This document shows positions 1 through 13,665 of a stretch of DNA of 64,000 nt, piece after piece. The position numbers and the translations under genes are program-made. Each line of letters begins with the position of its first letter. The stretch's first letter is position 1. Under the pieces are notes generated by a model. That model made no database searches, was not told where the DNA came from, and saw only the letters and a program-made list of their open reading frames with translations. Source of the DNA: Mobula hypostoma (Eukaryota); NCBI RefSeq assembly GCF_963921235.1, contig NC_086097.1:228906001-228970000 (forward strand), given 5' to 3'.

Positions 1-624
1 CACTGACTCTCTTCAGAAAGCACTGACAGGCATTTAAATCATTTCAAAGCAATCTGCTTTATTCAATATGAGTTAGCCAAGCACCTCTCTTGATGGCTAG
101 CTGGCAGTTAACATCAGTGCCAGGGCAGTGGGAATAGGAATAGGTCACTTAACTACTAGAATCAACACCACATTCAATCAGAGCATGACTATCTGCGGTA
201 CAACCCTTTTTACCTGCCCTTTGATCCATATCCTTGCCCAATATCGTTCATTATTTTACACTGCCCTACACCGAGTGGTGATTCTCTTCAGGAAATAATG
301 ACAGGCTCTTTGTCATCTCACATTATTTTGCTCCCTACCCCTCGAGGCCTCAGTAGGAAGATGCTTCAAGCTCAGGTTCTTTGAAAGAGACCTAATATAG
401 GCTTGAAAAAGCAGGAAATGATGAAAATATCAAGCAATTCCATTGGCCTCTTTAAAGAGTAATGGAGAACATTTCAGTTTTATCAGAAGTTCTGTGCTAG
501 CGAAGGCACAGACTTGGAACTTCGACAATCCACAGTTGTTCTACCCTTGGAGGAGAGAAGTTCACGGTTGTTTGCCACTCTTCATTGCCGTGTCTGTCTA
601 ATGGAAAATGCAATGGCCTCAGAT

Positions 625-1756
625 ACAAGACATAGGAGCAGAATTAGGCTACTTGGCCCATTGAGTCTGCTCCGCCATTTCATCATGGCTGATTTGCTAT
701 CCCTCTCAACCCCATTCTCCTGCCTTCTCTCCGCAAACACTGATGCCTTGACTAACCGAGAACCGCTCAACCTCTGCTTTAAATATTCTCAATAGCTTGC
801 CGTACACAGCCGTCCATGGCAATGAATTCCACAGATTCACCACCTCTGGCTAAAGAAATTCCTTCTCATCTCTGTTATAAATGGAGGTTCCTCTATTCTG
901 ATGCTGAGCCCTCTGGTCCTAGACTCACCCACTATAGTAAACATCCTCTCCATATCCACTCTGTCTTGGCCTTACAATATTTGATAGGTTTTAATGAGGT
1001 CACCCCTCATTCTTCTAAATCCCAGCAAGTACAGGACCAGAGCTTTCAAACGCTTCTCATACATTAATCCTTTCATTCCTGTAATCATGCTTGTGAACCT
1101 CCCTGGAGCCTCTCCAATCCCAGCACATCCTTTCTCTGATAAGGGGCTCACAGCTGCTCACAATACTCCATGCAGTTTGACCAATGCCTCGGAAAGCTTC
1201 AGTATAACATCTTTGCTTTCTATTCTAGTCCTCTCAAAATGAATGCTAGCATTGCATTTGCCTTCCTCACCAGCAAATTAAACTTTAGGGAATCCTGCAC
1301 AAGGACTCTCAAGCCCCTTTGCACCTCTGATTTTTGAATTTTCTCCCCATTTAGAAAATAGTCTATGCCTTTATTCCAAGTGTATTTTATGAGCATGCAC
1401 TTCCCTGCACTATATTCCATCTGCCATTTCCTTGCCATTCTACCAATCTGTCAAACTCCTTCTGCAGACTCTCCACTCCCTCAACACTATCTGCCCCTCC
1501 ACCTATCTTCATATCATCTGCAAACTTGACCATAAAGCCATCATTTCCATCACCCAAATCGTTGACATATAATCTGAAAAGAAGCGGTCCCAATACTGAC
1601 ACCTGCGGAACACGACTTGCCACCAGCTCCCAACCAGAAAAGGCTCCTCTTTATTCCAACATTTTGCCTCTTGCCAATCATCCACTCTTATATCCATGCC
1701 AATCTCTTTCCTGTAATACCACAGTCCTTATCTTGTTAAACAGCCTCATGTGAGAT
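625..1756 (-). mobile_element. CR1 LINE, 5'-truncated, decayed
   Basis: RT motifs VPQVSVLGPLLF and KFADD in ORF 1387..1623; CR1 3' UTR near 625-700. Confidence 0.9.
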
Positions 1757-2069
1757 CAATGGGCCTGAAACGTTCAAATACTAGTTCTCACAAAAAGTGA
1801 GAGTGATTAGGTAAAATGTGAAGAGACGACTCCATCAGGCTGTGAAGAGAGAAACTAAAGAACATTTTTAAGTACTACCTCCTAAATGTGAAAGAAATTG
1901 ACTAAGTTCTTTCTTTAAGCTTGAAACTTCAGCCATTTTTGATCTGATTTTATTTTTGCTTCTCTCTAAAGTGTCTCTCAGTTTTACATACTCAATCCCT
2001 CTGAATGATTCATATGCACTTTGAGTCTGTTAATCTTCAGGCACTATTCACTGGAATTACTCTGTGAGT

Positions 2070-5000
2070 TAGAGTCATAGTACACTACAACACAGAAACA
2101 GGGTCACTGGTTCATCAAGTCCATGCTGAACTATAAATCTGTCTACTCCCTTCGACCTGCACCTGGACTATGTACCTTTACAAACTTCTCAAGTGTTGAA
2201 ATCGAACCCACATCCATCACTTCTGCTGGCAGGTCGTTTCACACTCTTACCACCCTCTGAGTGAAGAAGCTCCCCCTTACAGTCCCCTGAAACATTTCAC
2301 CTTTGGTCGTAAAACCATGACCATCATTGTTCTTGGTAAATTTTTCTACTGAAGTGAGTTGCCATTGCCTTCTTCTGAGCAGTGTCTTTACAAGACTGAT
2401 GACCCCAGCCATTATCATTACTGGCGTCTGCCTGGCATCAATGGTCTCATATCCAGGAGTTGTGATATGCACCAGCTGCTCATACAACTTTACGCCACCT
2501 ACTCCCATGGCTTCACAAAACCCTGTACTACACCTTGCTCAATGATAACCGGCAGACTAGCGGGAGGAAGGAGTGTCTTTATACCTCCTTTGGTAGAGAC
2601 GTATCTCCACCCTGCCACTTTTGTATCCCTCTATCAAATCTCCCTTCTTTTTTCTGTACTCTTGAGAATGTAGTCCTAACCTATTCAACCTTCTCCTATA
2701 ACTCAGGTCCTCAAATCCTGGCAACATCCTTGTAAATTTTCCCTGTACTCTTTCAATTTTATTCGTTTTTTTGAAGGTAAGTGACCAGAACTCCACACAT
2801 TACTCCAAATTAGGCATCTCCAATATCTTATACATCTTCAACTTAACATTCAACTCCTGTACTACTCAATACTTTGATTTATGAAGGTAAATGTGCCAAA
2901 AGCTTTCTTTACAACACTATCTGTCTGTGATGCCACTTTCAAGGAATTATAGATCTATAATCCCAGATCCCTCTATTCTGCTGCACTTCCCAGTGCTCAA
3001 CCACACACCATCTAAATCCTACCCTGTTTTGTCCTCCCAAAGTACAACACCTCACACGCTTCTTCATTAAATTCCATCTGCCATTTTTCAACCCGTTTTT
3101 CCAGCTGGTCCAGATCCCACTGCAAGCTTTGGTAGCCTTCCTTACTGTCCACTATGCCCCCAATCTTGGTGTCATCTGCAAACTTGCTAGTCCAGTTTAC
3201 TATATTATCATCCAGATCATTGATGACAAACAACAATGGACCCAGCACCAATCCCTGTGGCAACCCACTAGTCACAGACCTCCGGTGAGAGTGGCAACCA
3301 TCTACTACCACTCTCTGGCTTCTCCCTTGAAGTCAATGTTTAATCCAATTTATTATCTCATCTTGAACACCGAGTGACTAAACCTTCTTGAGCAGCCTCC
3401 CATACGGGACCTTGATAATGGTCTGGATAAAGTCCATATAGACAACATCCGCTGCCTTGGTTTCATCAATTTTCCTGGTAACTCCCTCAAAAAGTGTTGT
3501 TAGACATGATCTACCATGCACACACCATGTTGACTATCTCTAATCAGTCCATGCTTATCCAAATACTTCCTTATCCAGTCCTTTAGAATACCTTCCAAAA
3601 GCTTACCCGCTACTGACTGGCCTGTAATTTCCCAGCTTATTCATTGAGCATTTCTTAAACAATGGAACAACATTATCTATCCTCTAATCCTCTGACACCT
3701 CACCTGTGGCTAAGGACGTTCTAAATACCTCTGCTAGGACCTCTGCAATTTATGCACCCGCCTCTCACAAGGTCCGAAGGAACACCTTGTGAGGTCCTGG
3801 GCATTTATCCACCCTAATTTGCCTCAAGATAACAAACACTTCCTCCTCTGTAATCTGTATAGGGTCCATGACTTCACTGCTGCTTTGCCGCTCATCTATA
3901 GGCTCTGCATTCGTGTCCTGAGTAAACACAGATGTAAAAAGTCCATTTAAGATTTCCCCCATCACTTTCAGCTCCACACATAAATTATCACACTGATCTT
4001 CCAGAGGATCAGTTATGTCCCTTGCTATCCTTTTGATCTCAGTTTGTCTTGTCCCACTGCACACTTGCCAGATCCTTTTTGATACCATCATAATTGGTCT
4101 TTCTCCAACTCAGAATCTCAATGCAAGGACCGGAGCTATCTGTCAGCATAATTATTTTGAAACTAATGGCATTAAGATCACTAGATGCGAAGTATTCCCC
4201 TACACAAACTTCTAACACTTGCCCTGTCTCATTCCCTAATACTGCACACTCTCATTTGGGACCTCCATGTACTGATTATGTTGGATCCTTGCATTGAAAT
4301 ATACACAGCTCAAAACGTTAGTCTGTCCCACTATGATCAACCTTTCAATTTCTCACTTTGTAGGCTTAGCAACATCTTTCCGCACAACCATTTCATTATC
4401 TCCTCTGGTGCTCTGATTCCCATTTCCCTGCAAGTCTAGTTTAACCCGCCCACACCCCCCTACCGATGCAGCACGAGCATGTGTTCCCACAAGGATATTA
4501 GTTCCCCTCCAGTACAGTTGTTCCCCAAATGTACAGGTCTCACCTTCCCTAGAAGAGAGCCCAATGATCCAAAAATCTTGCACCATCTCCTTGGCCATGT
4601 GTTAAACTCCCTGAACACACTTTGATGGACCTCATCACACCTCCTACACATGTCACCAGTACTGACATGGACCATGACCTCTGACCACTCCCCACTTATG
4701 AATGCTGTGGACACAATCCAAGATGAGCCTGATCTTGGCACCCAGGAGGCAACATAGCATCCAGGAATCTTGTTCTCATCCTCAGAACCTCCTGTCTATT
4801 CTATTAACCATTGAATCCCCCTATCACTACAGCTCACCTCTTCTCCCTCCTTCCCTTCTGAGCCACAGAGCCGGACTCAATGCTGAAGACCTGACTGCTG
4901 TGGCTTTTCTCTGCTAGATCATCTCCCCAGCAGTATCCAAAGCGGTATGCCTATTATTGAAGGGAATGGCTACAGGGGTACTCTGCACTGGCTGCCTATC

Positions 5001-5260
5001 CCAACTCCTGGCAATCACCCTGTTCCCTGTATCCTGCACCTTATGTGTGACTACCTCTCTGTATCACCTGTCTATCAAACCCTCAGAATCCTGAATAATC
5101 TGGAGTTGATTCACCTCCAGCTCCAATTCCTTAACACGATCTGTAAAAAGCTGCAGCTGGATATATTTCTTGTAGGTGCAATCACGAGGGACACTGGAGG
5201 TCTCCCTGCCTTTCCACGTCCCGCAAGAGAAGCATTCCTCTATCCTCTAATTTCATTTCA
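2070..5260 (-). mobile_element. Long decayed CR1 (ORF1 remnant ~4330-5250; ORF2 and 3' end ~2070-4240), interrupted at ~2326-2590
   Basis: GLPQGLVLGPLLF and KFADDTKIGG (3012..3311); DKCPGPHKVF (3765..4091); ORF1-like remnants upstream. Confidence 0.8.
2326..2590 (-). mobile_element. Short RTE-like SINE fragment nested in CR1
   Basis: Minus strand has AGAAGAAGGCAATGGCAA...AGAAAAATTTACCAAGAACAA, resembling RTE-derived SINEs; CR1 sequence resumes either side. Confidence 0.45.
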
Positions 5261-5489
5261 CTAGGAAAGAAAGAAAGAAAATTAGAAGAAGAATTTATTG
5301 ATTCAAAACAAATCAGCTGTACATCGGGAGTGTAATGGTGGGACTGTGGGAATATGGGTGCACGAAAAGAAGCTGGAAGGAAAGTCAGGAGCAATTGAAA
5401 CATTTGAAAGCTTTTCGGGTAACTGGTTTTGAAAGTTAATGCTAACTATAATCTTACTTTCAGTTCAAGTACCAACTGAACTTGCGTTA

Positions 5490-6525
5490 ATATCCTATCA
5501 CTTGTGTTGCCACTTTGAGGGAGCTGTGGATCTGCCCAAGATCCCTCCTATAAATTAATGCTCCAAATGATCCTGCCAGTTACTTATCCTATATTTGACC
5601 TCCCGAAGTGCTGCATCACACGTTTATCCAGAGTAAACTCACCTGCTATGTCTCTTTCCAAAAGTCTAGCTGGTCTCTTTCCCACTCAAACCTTTAACAA
5701 TTTTGTTCCTCTCCACAACTCTGCTAATTGTTGTGTTACCTTCAACCTATTAATGAGGCTATCTACAATTTTGTCCAGGATCTTAGGTGTAACCACTTCC
5801 ATGTGTCGCCTGTCGATAAACCCCTCAGCCTCCCGAATGACCCATAGTTGTCCAGGATCATTAACAAATATCACAAACAATAGAGGTCCCAACACTGATT
5901 CTTGTGGAATATCTTGTTCACAGATCTCCAGAAGAGCATCCCTCCACTACCACCCTCTATCTTCCATGGTGAAACCAATTTTGAATCTAATCTACAGTGT
6001 CCATGGATCCCATGTGTTCTAATTTTGTAAGGCACAACTTCTCCCACAAAAAGCCTTGCTGACTTTCCCTAATGTGTTTTAAGATGTGAGTAGAACAAAC
6101 AATCTTCTCCAATAATTTCCTAACCATTGATATAATGCGCAGCAGCCTATAGTTTCCTGGTTTGTCTCTATTCCTCTTCTTGGCTATTCTCCATTTCTCT
6201 GGGGCCTCACCTGCTGCAAAATCTTTCTCAAGGTGCTATTAGTCACCTCTGTTGCCTCTGTCAAAAACCTGGGATATATCTCATCAGGCATTGGGGGCTT
6301 ATCCATCTTCATGAGTCTCATCATCACCTCCTTCTTGATATAATTCTGTCTGAGAATATCAGTATAACCTTCCCTGAATTCACTATCCTTCATCTCCTTC
6401 CCTTTGGTAAATATCAATGTGAATACTCATTTAGTAGCTCACCCACTTACTCTGACTCCAACCATAAATTCACTCCATTGTCCATCAGCAGTCTTATTCA
6501 GTCTCTGATTACCCCTTTGTTTTTA

Positions 6526-6564
<39 letters not shown>

Positions 6565-6830
6565 ACCATGGCATGTTTAATCCTGGTTACCAAAGACATT
6601 TCATGGGCGATTTTGCTTAAGTTCTCTCTTACTTCCTTTATTTTCCTCAAAAGTCTTGTCCAATTTCAGCTCCTTCAACCTTACTTATCAACTTGGCAAC
6701 ATTGCACATCATTCAGCTCTCTGGAACTTTACCATCCTAGTCTTTCATCCTCACAGGAGCATGCTAGCTTCTATGTATTTGTCTATTAAATGCAACCTGT
6801 AGCTCCTGGTTCAAGAGTGATAATCTCAAT
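5490..6830 (-). mobile_element. Old CR1 ORF2 fragment
   Basis: [13 protein letters not shown] (5686..5895) and MDKPPMPDEIYPRFL (6184..6417). Confidence 0.75.
6527..6560. repeat. (TA)17 microsatellite
   Basis: Perfect TA run. Confidence 0.97.
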
Positions 6831-6837
6831 TATATTT

Positions 6838-7900
6838 TTGTTGTTGTTGTGGCTATCCCTCGAGATCAAGGATGATGGTCTTCGTTCTGAAGAAATGGCC
6901 CACAGAGCGAAGATGCCTCTGCATGTATTTGTTTAACGTGTGCTTGATGTTGCACTCCAAGAAGCACACGATACTTCACCAATCAACCAACTGATTCCAA
7001 TAGCATGGAAACCACGATGATTGGAGCTGATGAATTTGTTGCAGCCTTCATCCGCCTTCACAGTCGATGAGTTTGAAGTAACTTCGTCCGCCTGTTCCAC
7101 CACTGGGGTCTTGGTTGGATTATTCCTTGTCAGGGACCTCACCCTCAACCTATAGCGACAGGATTCGAGTACAGGAGCAGGGAGGTACTACTGCAGTTGT
7201 ACAAGGCCTTGGAGAGACCACACCTGGAGTATTGTGTGCAGTTTTGGTCCCCTAATCTGAGGAAAGACATCTTTGCCATAGAGGGAGTACAAAGAAGGTT
7301 CACCAGATTGATTCCTGGGATGGCAGGACTTTCATATGAAGAAAGACTGGATGAACTGGGCGTGTACTCGTTGGAATTTAGAAGATTGAGGGGGGATCTG
7401 ATTGAAACATATAAGATCCTAAAGGGATTGGACAGGCTGGATACAGGAAGATTGTTCCCGATGTTGGGGAAGTCCAGAACGAGGGGTCACAGTTTGAGGA
7501 TAGAGGGGAAGCCTTTTAGGACCGAGATTAGGAAAAACTTCTTCACACAGAGAGTGGTGAATCTGTGGAATTCTCTGCCACAGGAAACTGTTGAGGCCAG
7601 TTCATTGGCTATGTTTAAGAGGGAGTTAGATATGGCCCTTGTGGCTACAGGGGTCAGGGGGTATGGAGGGAAGGCTGGGGCGGGGTTCTGAGTTGGATGA
7701 TCAGCCATGATCATAATAAATGGCGGTGTAGGCTCGAAGGGCCAAATGGCCTACTCCTGCACCTATTTTCTATGTTTCTATGTTTCTATGTTACCACCAT
7801 GAGTGACCCTACCAGGAGCATAGCTCCAGACGGCATTGCTCTCGAGATCTCAGGACCACACAGGCTTCTCCACCACGACAAGGTGACAATCCACGGAGAA
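6838..7900 (-). mobile_element. RTE-derived non-autonomous element split by a CR1 insertion
   Basis: (CAA)n tail at 6838-6850; RTE-type 5' UTR (CACCTTGTCGTGGTGGAGAAG...GGTAGGGTCACTCATGG) at 7791-7900; halves rejoin as ACCCTCAACC-TTACCACC. Confidence 0.65.
7152..7790 (+). mobile_element. Young CR1 3' fragment
   Basis: Open 164-aa ORF2 C-terminus ([22 protein letters not shown]); (TTTCTATG)n tail. Confidence 0.95.
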
Positions 7901-8125
7901 GTTTACATAGGCGCATGAATAGGAGGAAGATGGTGGGATATGGACATCGTTAGGAGGGTGTATTTTTGGGTTTTTTAATTTACTTTTTGCTGGGTTGGCA
8001 TAACATTGTGGGTCTCTTCTGTGCTGTACTGATCTATGTTCTATGTTCTAAGATTAACTTTACTGAGTTCAACCTATTTCTAGTATGTCCGTACTACAGC
8101 TGCTGCACAGATTGATATTTTGTTG

Positions 8126-8771
8126 GAAGGCGTATGGGGTGTTGGCCTTCATAAACCATGGGATTGAGTTCAAGAGCCGTGAGGTAATGTTACAGCTATA
8201 TAAGACCCTAGTTAGACCCCACTTGGAGTACTGTGTTCACTTCTGGTCACCTCAATTACAGGAAGGATGTGGATACTATAGAGAGAGTGCAGAGGAGACT
8301 TACAGAGGGGTTGCCTGGATTGGGGAGCATGCCTTATGACAGTAGGTTGAGTGAACTCGGCCTTTTCTCCTTGGAGTGAGGGAGGATGAAAGATGACCTG
8401 ATAGAGGTGTATAAGATGATGAGAGGCATTCATCGTGTGGATAGTCAGAGGCTTTTTTCCCCAGGGCTGAAATGGCTAACACAAGGGGGTATATTTTTAA
8501 GGTGCTTGGAAGTAGGTACAAGGGGGATGTCAGGTTTAAGTTCTCCACCCAGAGAGCGGTGGATGCATCGAATGCTCTGCCAGTGACAGTGGTAGAGGCA
8601 GATACAATAGGGTCTTTCAAGAGGCCCTCAGATAGGTACATGGAGCTTAGAAAAATAGAGGGCTATGGGGCAGGGAAATTCTAGGCAGTTTCTAGAGTAG
8701 GTTACATGGTCAGCACAACATTGTGGGCTGAAGGGCCTGTAATGCGATGTAGATTTCTATGTTCTATGTTT
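8126..8771 (+). mobile_element. CR1 3' fragment, second subfamily
   Basis: [26 protein letters not shown] tail. Confidence 0.92.
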
Positions 8772-9370
8772 ATAGTACCACTGGAAGTCAGTGATCATCA
8801 TGTGACATAGAGAGTGTTGTTACAAAGCAATTGTTGCTGCAAATCACTTCAAATACTGTGACAAGAGATCTACAATTACTTCTAAAGAATTACTTGGTTA
8901 CAGATGGTCATTTTTTGCAATGATAATATATTCATATATGCTGTGTTTGACTGTAAAAATTATGACTGTAGAAGTTTAACTGTAGGTGCAAATCTTAAAA
9001 TATCTACATTCAAGAATAAATGTCCAAACTTATCAAAATAAGGAAAGTGGTAATTTTCATTCTCCCCCAAAAATAACACAGGATATGCACTGAGCTTGCT
9101 ATTTTCTATTAATAGAATATTGTTGCCTGTGTGCAGTACTGTTCTCATTGTGTTGAGACAAGTTTCCGTAGTCAGCATTCTAACTCAAGCACGGAATTTA
9201 TCTGCAAGTTCACTCTGTGCTTGCATGCCATGCTTTGATAACTCTTAGCAAGCTAGTTTGTTGAATATTGTTTCACCACTCTTGAATAATTTCCATACCA
9301 GCTTTTCCCTAAAAATCTGCCCAACTGCACAATTTTGGCCTTTCCCTGGTACTAGTATAAATCACTCAAA

Positions 9371-9545
9371 TTGCTCTGGATTTCCAGCATCTGCAGAATT
9401 CTCCTGCATCCATCCTGTCGAAGGTTCTCGGACCGAAACGTCAGCTGTGCTCTTTTTCATAAATACTGCCTGGCCTGCTGAGTTCCTCCAGCATTTTGTG
9501 TGCTTTGCTCTAGATCTGCAGCGTTTACAAAATCTCTTGTGTTTA
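9371..9545 (+). mobile_element. Short PLE-derived element with hammerhead-like motif (9411-9447)
   Basis: CTGTCGA-A-GGT-TCTCGG-ACC-GAAAC-GTC, then the shared PLE tail CTGCCTGGCCTGCTGAGTTCCTCCAGCATTTTGTGTG. Confidence 0.75.
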
Positions 9546-10899
9546 TAAATCACTCCAATACTGGATACAGTTTGTTAATCAAATTTCTGCTGAATATTCT
9601 TTTCTCTGAAGTGAAGGCCCTCTGTGCGTGTGGATGGAAGTTTCAGCATGCAGTGATTCCAGTTTCAGATGTACTTTTGGCATACTTAAGTGCTACTCCA
9701 AAATTAATGCAGGTTCTTCCTTAGAAAATAGACCCTGTGTTATTAACACTCCCAAACCCTACATATAGCCACAAAGTAAAATGTAAAACCAACCCATTCT
9801 TGCTCCTTTCAATAGGTTGTCAGAGCAACTGTGTCTGAAGTACAAATGTTAAAGAGATGGAGAAAATGTAATAAAAAGTTGAGATTTTTAAAAATAAGGC
9901 CTTTCAACAAAGCTGTTTAAAGATTCATAATTACATGTTTGATGTTATGCCAACAGTCCCTAGTCCATTCTGATGCCAAGAACTCAAAAGTGGCCACTCT
10001 TTAACTGCACTGATCAGCTGATTGCTCCTGTTGTCTGACAGGGGAAAACAATGGTCAAGAACAGGTTGCAATGTCCAGGTCAACATGCTCCTGATTCCCA
10101 CGCCTGCACACTGCATCGCCAAAGTCAGAAACAAGCTGGAGGCTAGATGTTCACATGCTTGGCCTCTGCTCCTGCATTTGGAGCAGAAACATGTTGAGCT
10201 GAGGGCCAGACACACTTCTTTACATCAGTGACGCCCGGCATAGATAGACCAGCCCCTTTCAAAATTACCGACTTTGACTGAAAATGCTAACTTTCGTTTA
10301 TTTACTTAATCTTAATGATTATAATTAATTCTGGGATTTAATTTATTTTAATAAAATGCACGGTGCTTTTTGAACTTCTTAAATGGCTTTAGTTTTATTT
10401 AGTTGCGCTTGAACTGTTTTTAACTCTCTTGGGAGTTGTTCCAGGGGAGGAGACGCAGGAACCGCTACCAGAAGTTTTGTGTTTGCCTAGAAACCATAAC
10501 ACCCCATATGACAGCTGAGATAGTGTGGCTTGAATGACACTTACACCTGTGGGACTGCAAAGTATCTAGTGGTAGAGCTTGGGGAGGCTGGCAGGACGTG
10601 ATCAATCCTGATGGCTGTAAGTGATGGGTGACGCTGTTGGAGGGTCTCATTTTACTTTGAAATGTATCCAATTCCCAGTGGGAGAAAAGATCTGTTCCAA
10701 CCAATGTTTATATAGCTTTCCATCAACGGGGGATCCCCATTTCATGTCTGGAGATAATGTCATGATTAGACACAAGCTCATTCACCATGGTGACATGCAG
10801 TTACCAGACCAGAATGACAGAAGGAGCCTAGGCTGTCCTAAGGTACTTTCCCTCCAAGCCCATTCAACTGGATATCAACAGGGAGTCTATAAAATTTAA

Positions 10900-12065
10900 A
10901 GGGCTGCTAACACCTGCACAGTGGTTGCCATTAATCAGGTAGATATCATTGGCATATGTGGTGAAATGTGTTGTTTTGAGCAACAGAACATTGCAAAACA
11001 TACTAATAAACTATAAATTATGATTAGAATATATTAAAAAAGTGCAAAAAGGGAGGGAAAAATTGAGGTAGTGTACATGGTACATGGGTTCATTGTCCAT
11101 ACGAGAATCAGATGGCAGTGGGAAGAAGCTGTTTCTAAAATGTTGAGTGTGTGTCTTCAGGCTCCTGTACCTCCTCCTTGATGGTACAATGAGAAGAGCG
11201 ATGCCCTGCGTGATGGAAGTCCTTAATAATGGAAGCCGCCTTTTTGAGGCATCACCTTTTGAGGATGTTCTCGATGCTGGGAAGGCTAGCGCCCACGATG
11301 GCATTGGCTGAGTTCACAACTTTCCGCAGCTTTTACCGATCCTGTGCATTTGACCCTCCATACCAGATGCTAATGCAACCATTTGGGATGTTCTCCACAG
11401 TACATCTGCGGAAATTTGCAAGTGTCTTTGGTGACATGCCAAGTCTCCCCAGATGCCTTATAGTTTCCTTGTGATTGCATTAATATGTTGAGCCCAGCAG
11501 AGATCTTCAGAGATGTTGACACTCAGCAGCTTGAAACTGTCCACTCTTTCCACTGACGATCCCTCGATGAGGGGTGGGGTGTATTCCTTCCCCTCCCTGA
11601 TGTCCACAATGAATTTCCTGATGTTGATTGCAAGGTTGTTGTTGCAACCCTGCTCAACCAGCTGATCGATCTCATTTTTGTACACCTCCTCATCACCATC
11701 CGCCAACCATCTGTCATCAGCAGATTTATAGATGGCGTTTGAGCTGTGTCCAGCCACACAGGTGTGAGCATAAAGAGAGCAAAGCAGTGAGCGAAGCACG
11801 CATCCTCGAGGTGCACCAGTGTCGACTGCCAGTGAGGAGGAGATGCGATTTTTCCAATCTGTACTGACTGTGGTCTCTTGGTGAGGAAGTCAAGGATCCA
11901 GTTGCGGAGGAAGGTGTTCAGGCCCAGGTTTTGGAGCTTGTTGATTAATACTGAGGGTATGATGGTGTTGAATGCTGAGCTGTTATCGATAAACAGCAGC
12001 CTGACATAGGTATTGCTATTGTCCAGCTGATCCAAGGCCAAATGGAGAGCCAGTGAGATTGCAAT
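10900..12065 (-). mobile_element. Rex1/Babar-type LINE 3' part
   Basis: [31 protein letters not shown] (11523..12041); PSRRRYRSLKTHTQHFRNSFFP C-terminus. Confidence 0.85.
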
Positions 12066-12547
12066 TTCTATCCCATTTGGACTCCATCAAACAAGTAGGA
12101 GGGAAACACAAATTTCACAACATATGCCAGTGATATTAAGTCTGATTCTGAACATAGGCCCAATGTTGGCGGCCAAAAATGGCGACATAGTCAATTAAGT
12201 TACTTGATTAAAGTAGAGAGTCAGCTTGTTATCTCATTTTGCCAACTTGCGCTCGAGAGGCCAGTCAAAATGTTTGGTACAGATTCTCATTTATTCAAGT
12301 TCTGGCATGATTCCTGGTTGTATTTAGAACTGGACACCAACTCTCCATTGAGGATAATTTCTAAACTGGCTCCTTTCAATATCTCTGCTTGCTCGCAAAT
12401 CTTCATTCTGTCTTCCAGACGATTCTAGTTGATTCTAGTGTTGTAGTCATTGGTACCAAGAAGACAAACAGCTATGTCTTGATCAGAGGTGCTGCATGGC
12501 TTGTAAAAATAGTGTATTAATGTTCAATATATGTTTACCTTATGAAT

Positions 12548-13082
12548 GCTACCTATGTGATGAGGCCACTCTCAAGATGGAGGAGCAACACCTCATATTC
12601 CACCTGGGTAGCCTCCAGCCTGACGGCATGAACATCAATTTCTCTAACTTGCAGCAATTTCTCCCCACTCTACCTTCTCTCTTCTTCCATTCCTTATTCA
12701 GGGTCCCCTCTCACCACTTCTGTTCTGCTCAGCTGCCTATCACTTCCCTCCAGTGTCCCTCCTCCTTTTTTTCTCCCATGGTTCACTCTCCAATCCTATC
12801 AGATTCCTTCTTCTTCAGCCTTCTACCTTTTCCACCTATTAACTCCAAGCTTCTCACTTCACCCCCCTTCCCCACCCACCTGTTTTACTAACCCCCCCCC
12901 ACATGACTTCACCTATCACCTTCTAGCTTGTACTCCATCCCCTCCTCCCCCACACACCTTCTCATTCTGGCTCCTTTCCCCTTTCTTTCCTGTTCTGATA
13001 AAGAGCCTCAGCCCAAAATGTTGACTCTTTATTCCTTTCCTTAGATGCTGCCTGAACTGTTCAGTACCTCCAGCATTTTGCA
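12548..13082 (+). mobile_element. Penelope-like element 3' end with decayed hammerhead (~12990-13027)
   Basis: DEATLKMEEQHLIFHLGSLQPDGMNINFS (GIY-YIG C-terminus), pyrimidine-rich UTR, shared tail. Confidence 0.85.
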
Positions 13083-13665
13083 CCTGCTCCTATTTCTTAT
13101 CATTTTATGGACAGATTAATCTACATAAAATGCTTTTTAATAAATAATAATAAAAACAGAAAATGCTGGAAACACTTGGCGGGTTAAGATTTTAGGTCTA
13201 GGATCCTTTGTCAGATCTGGGGAAGTGAAGTATCTTTTTCCCTAGGGCAGCAATGGCTAATACCAGAGCACATCCTTTTAAGTTGAGCAGACGAAATTTT
13301 AGCAGAGATGGGTTTTTTTACACACAAAGAATGATAACTGCCTGGAATGCACTCGTGGGTGTGGTTGCAGAGGCTGATACATTGGGATGATTTAACAGAC
13401 TCTTAGAGAGGCAATGGGTATAAGAACAATGGAAGGTTATGGGCTGTGTAGGATGGAAGGCATAAATTGCTCGTGGAGTATATTTATTTAGGTCAGCACA
13501 ACATCATGGGTCAAAGGATCCTTCCAGTACTCTACTGTTCTATGGTTGAAAATCAAGTAAATTTTCAGAAGGAAATGAGTGGGTTGGATGGGTAGAACAG
13601 AGGAAGTAACTCTGATAAAGTGAGATTAAATGGATTAATGGGGCTATTGAAGGTGCGTTAGTTAT

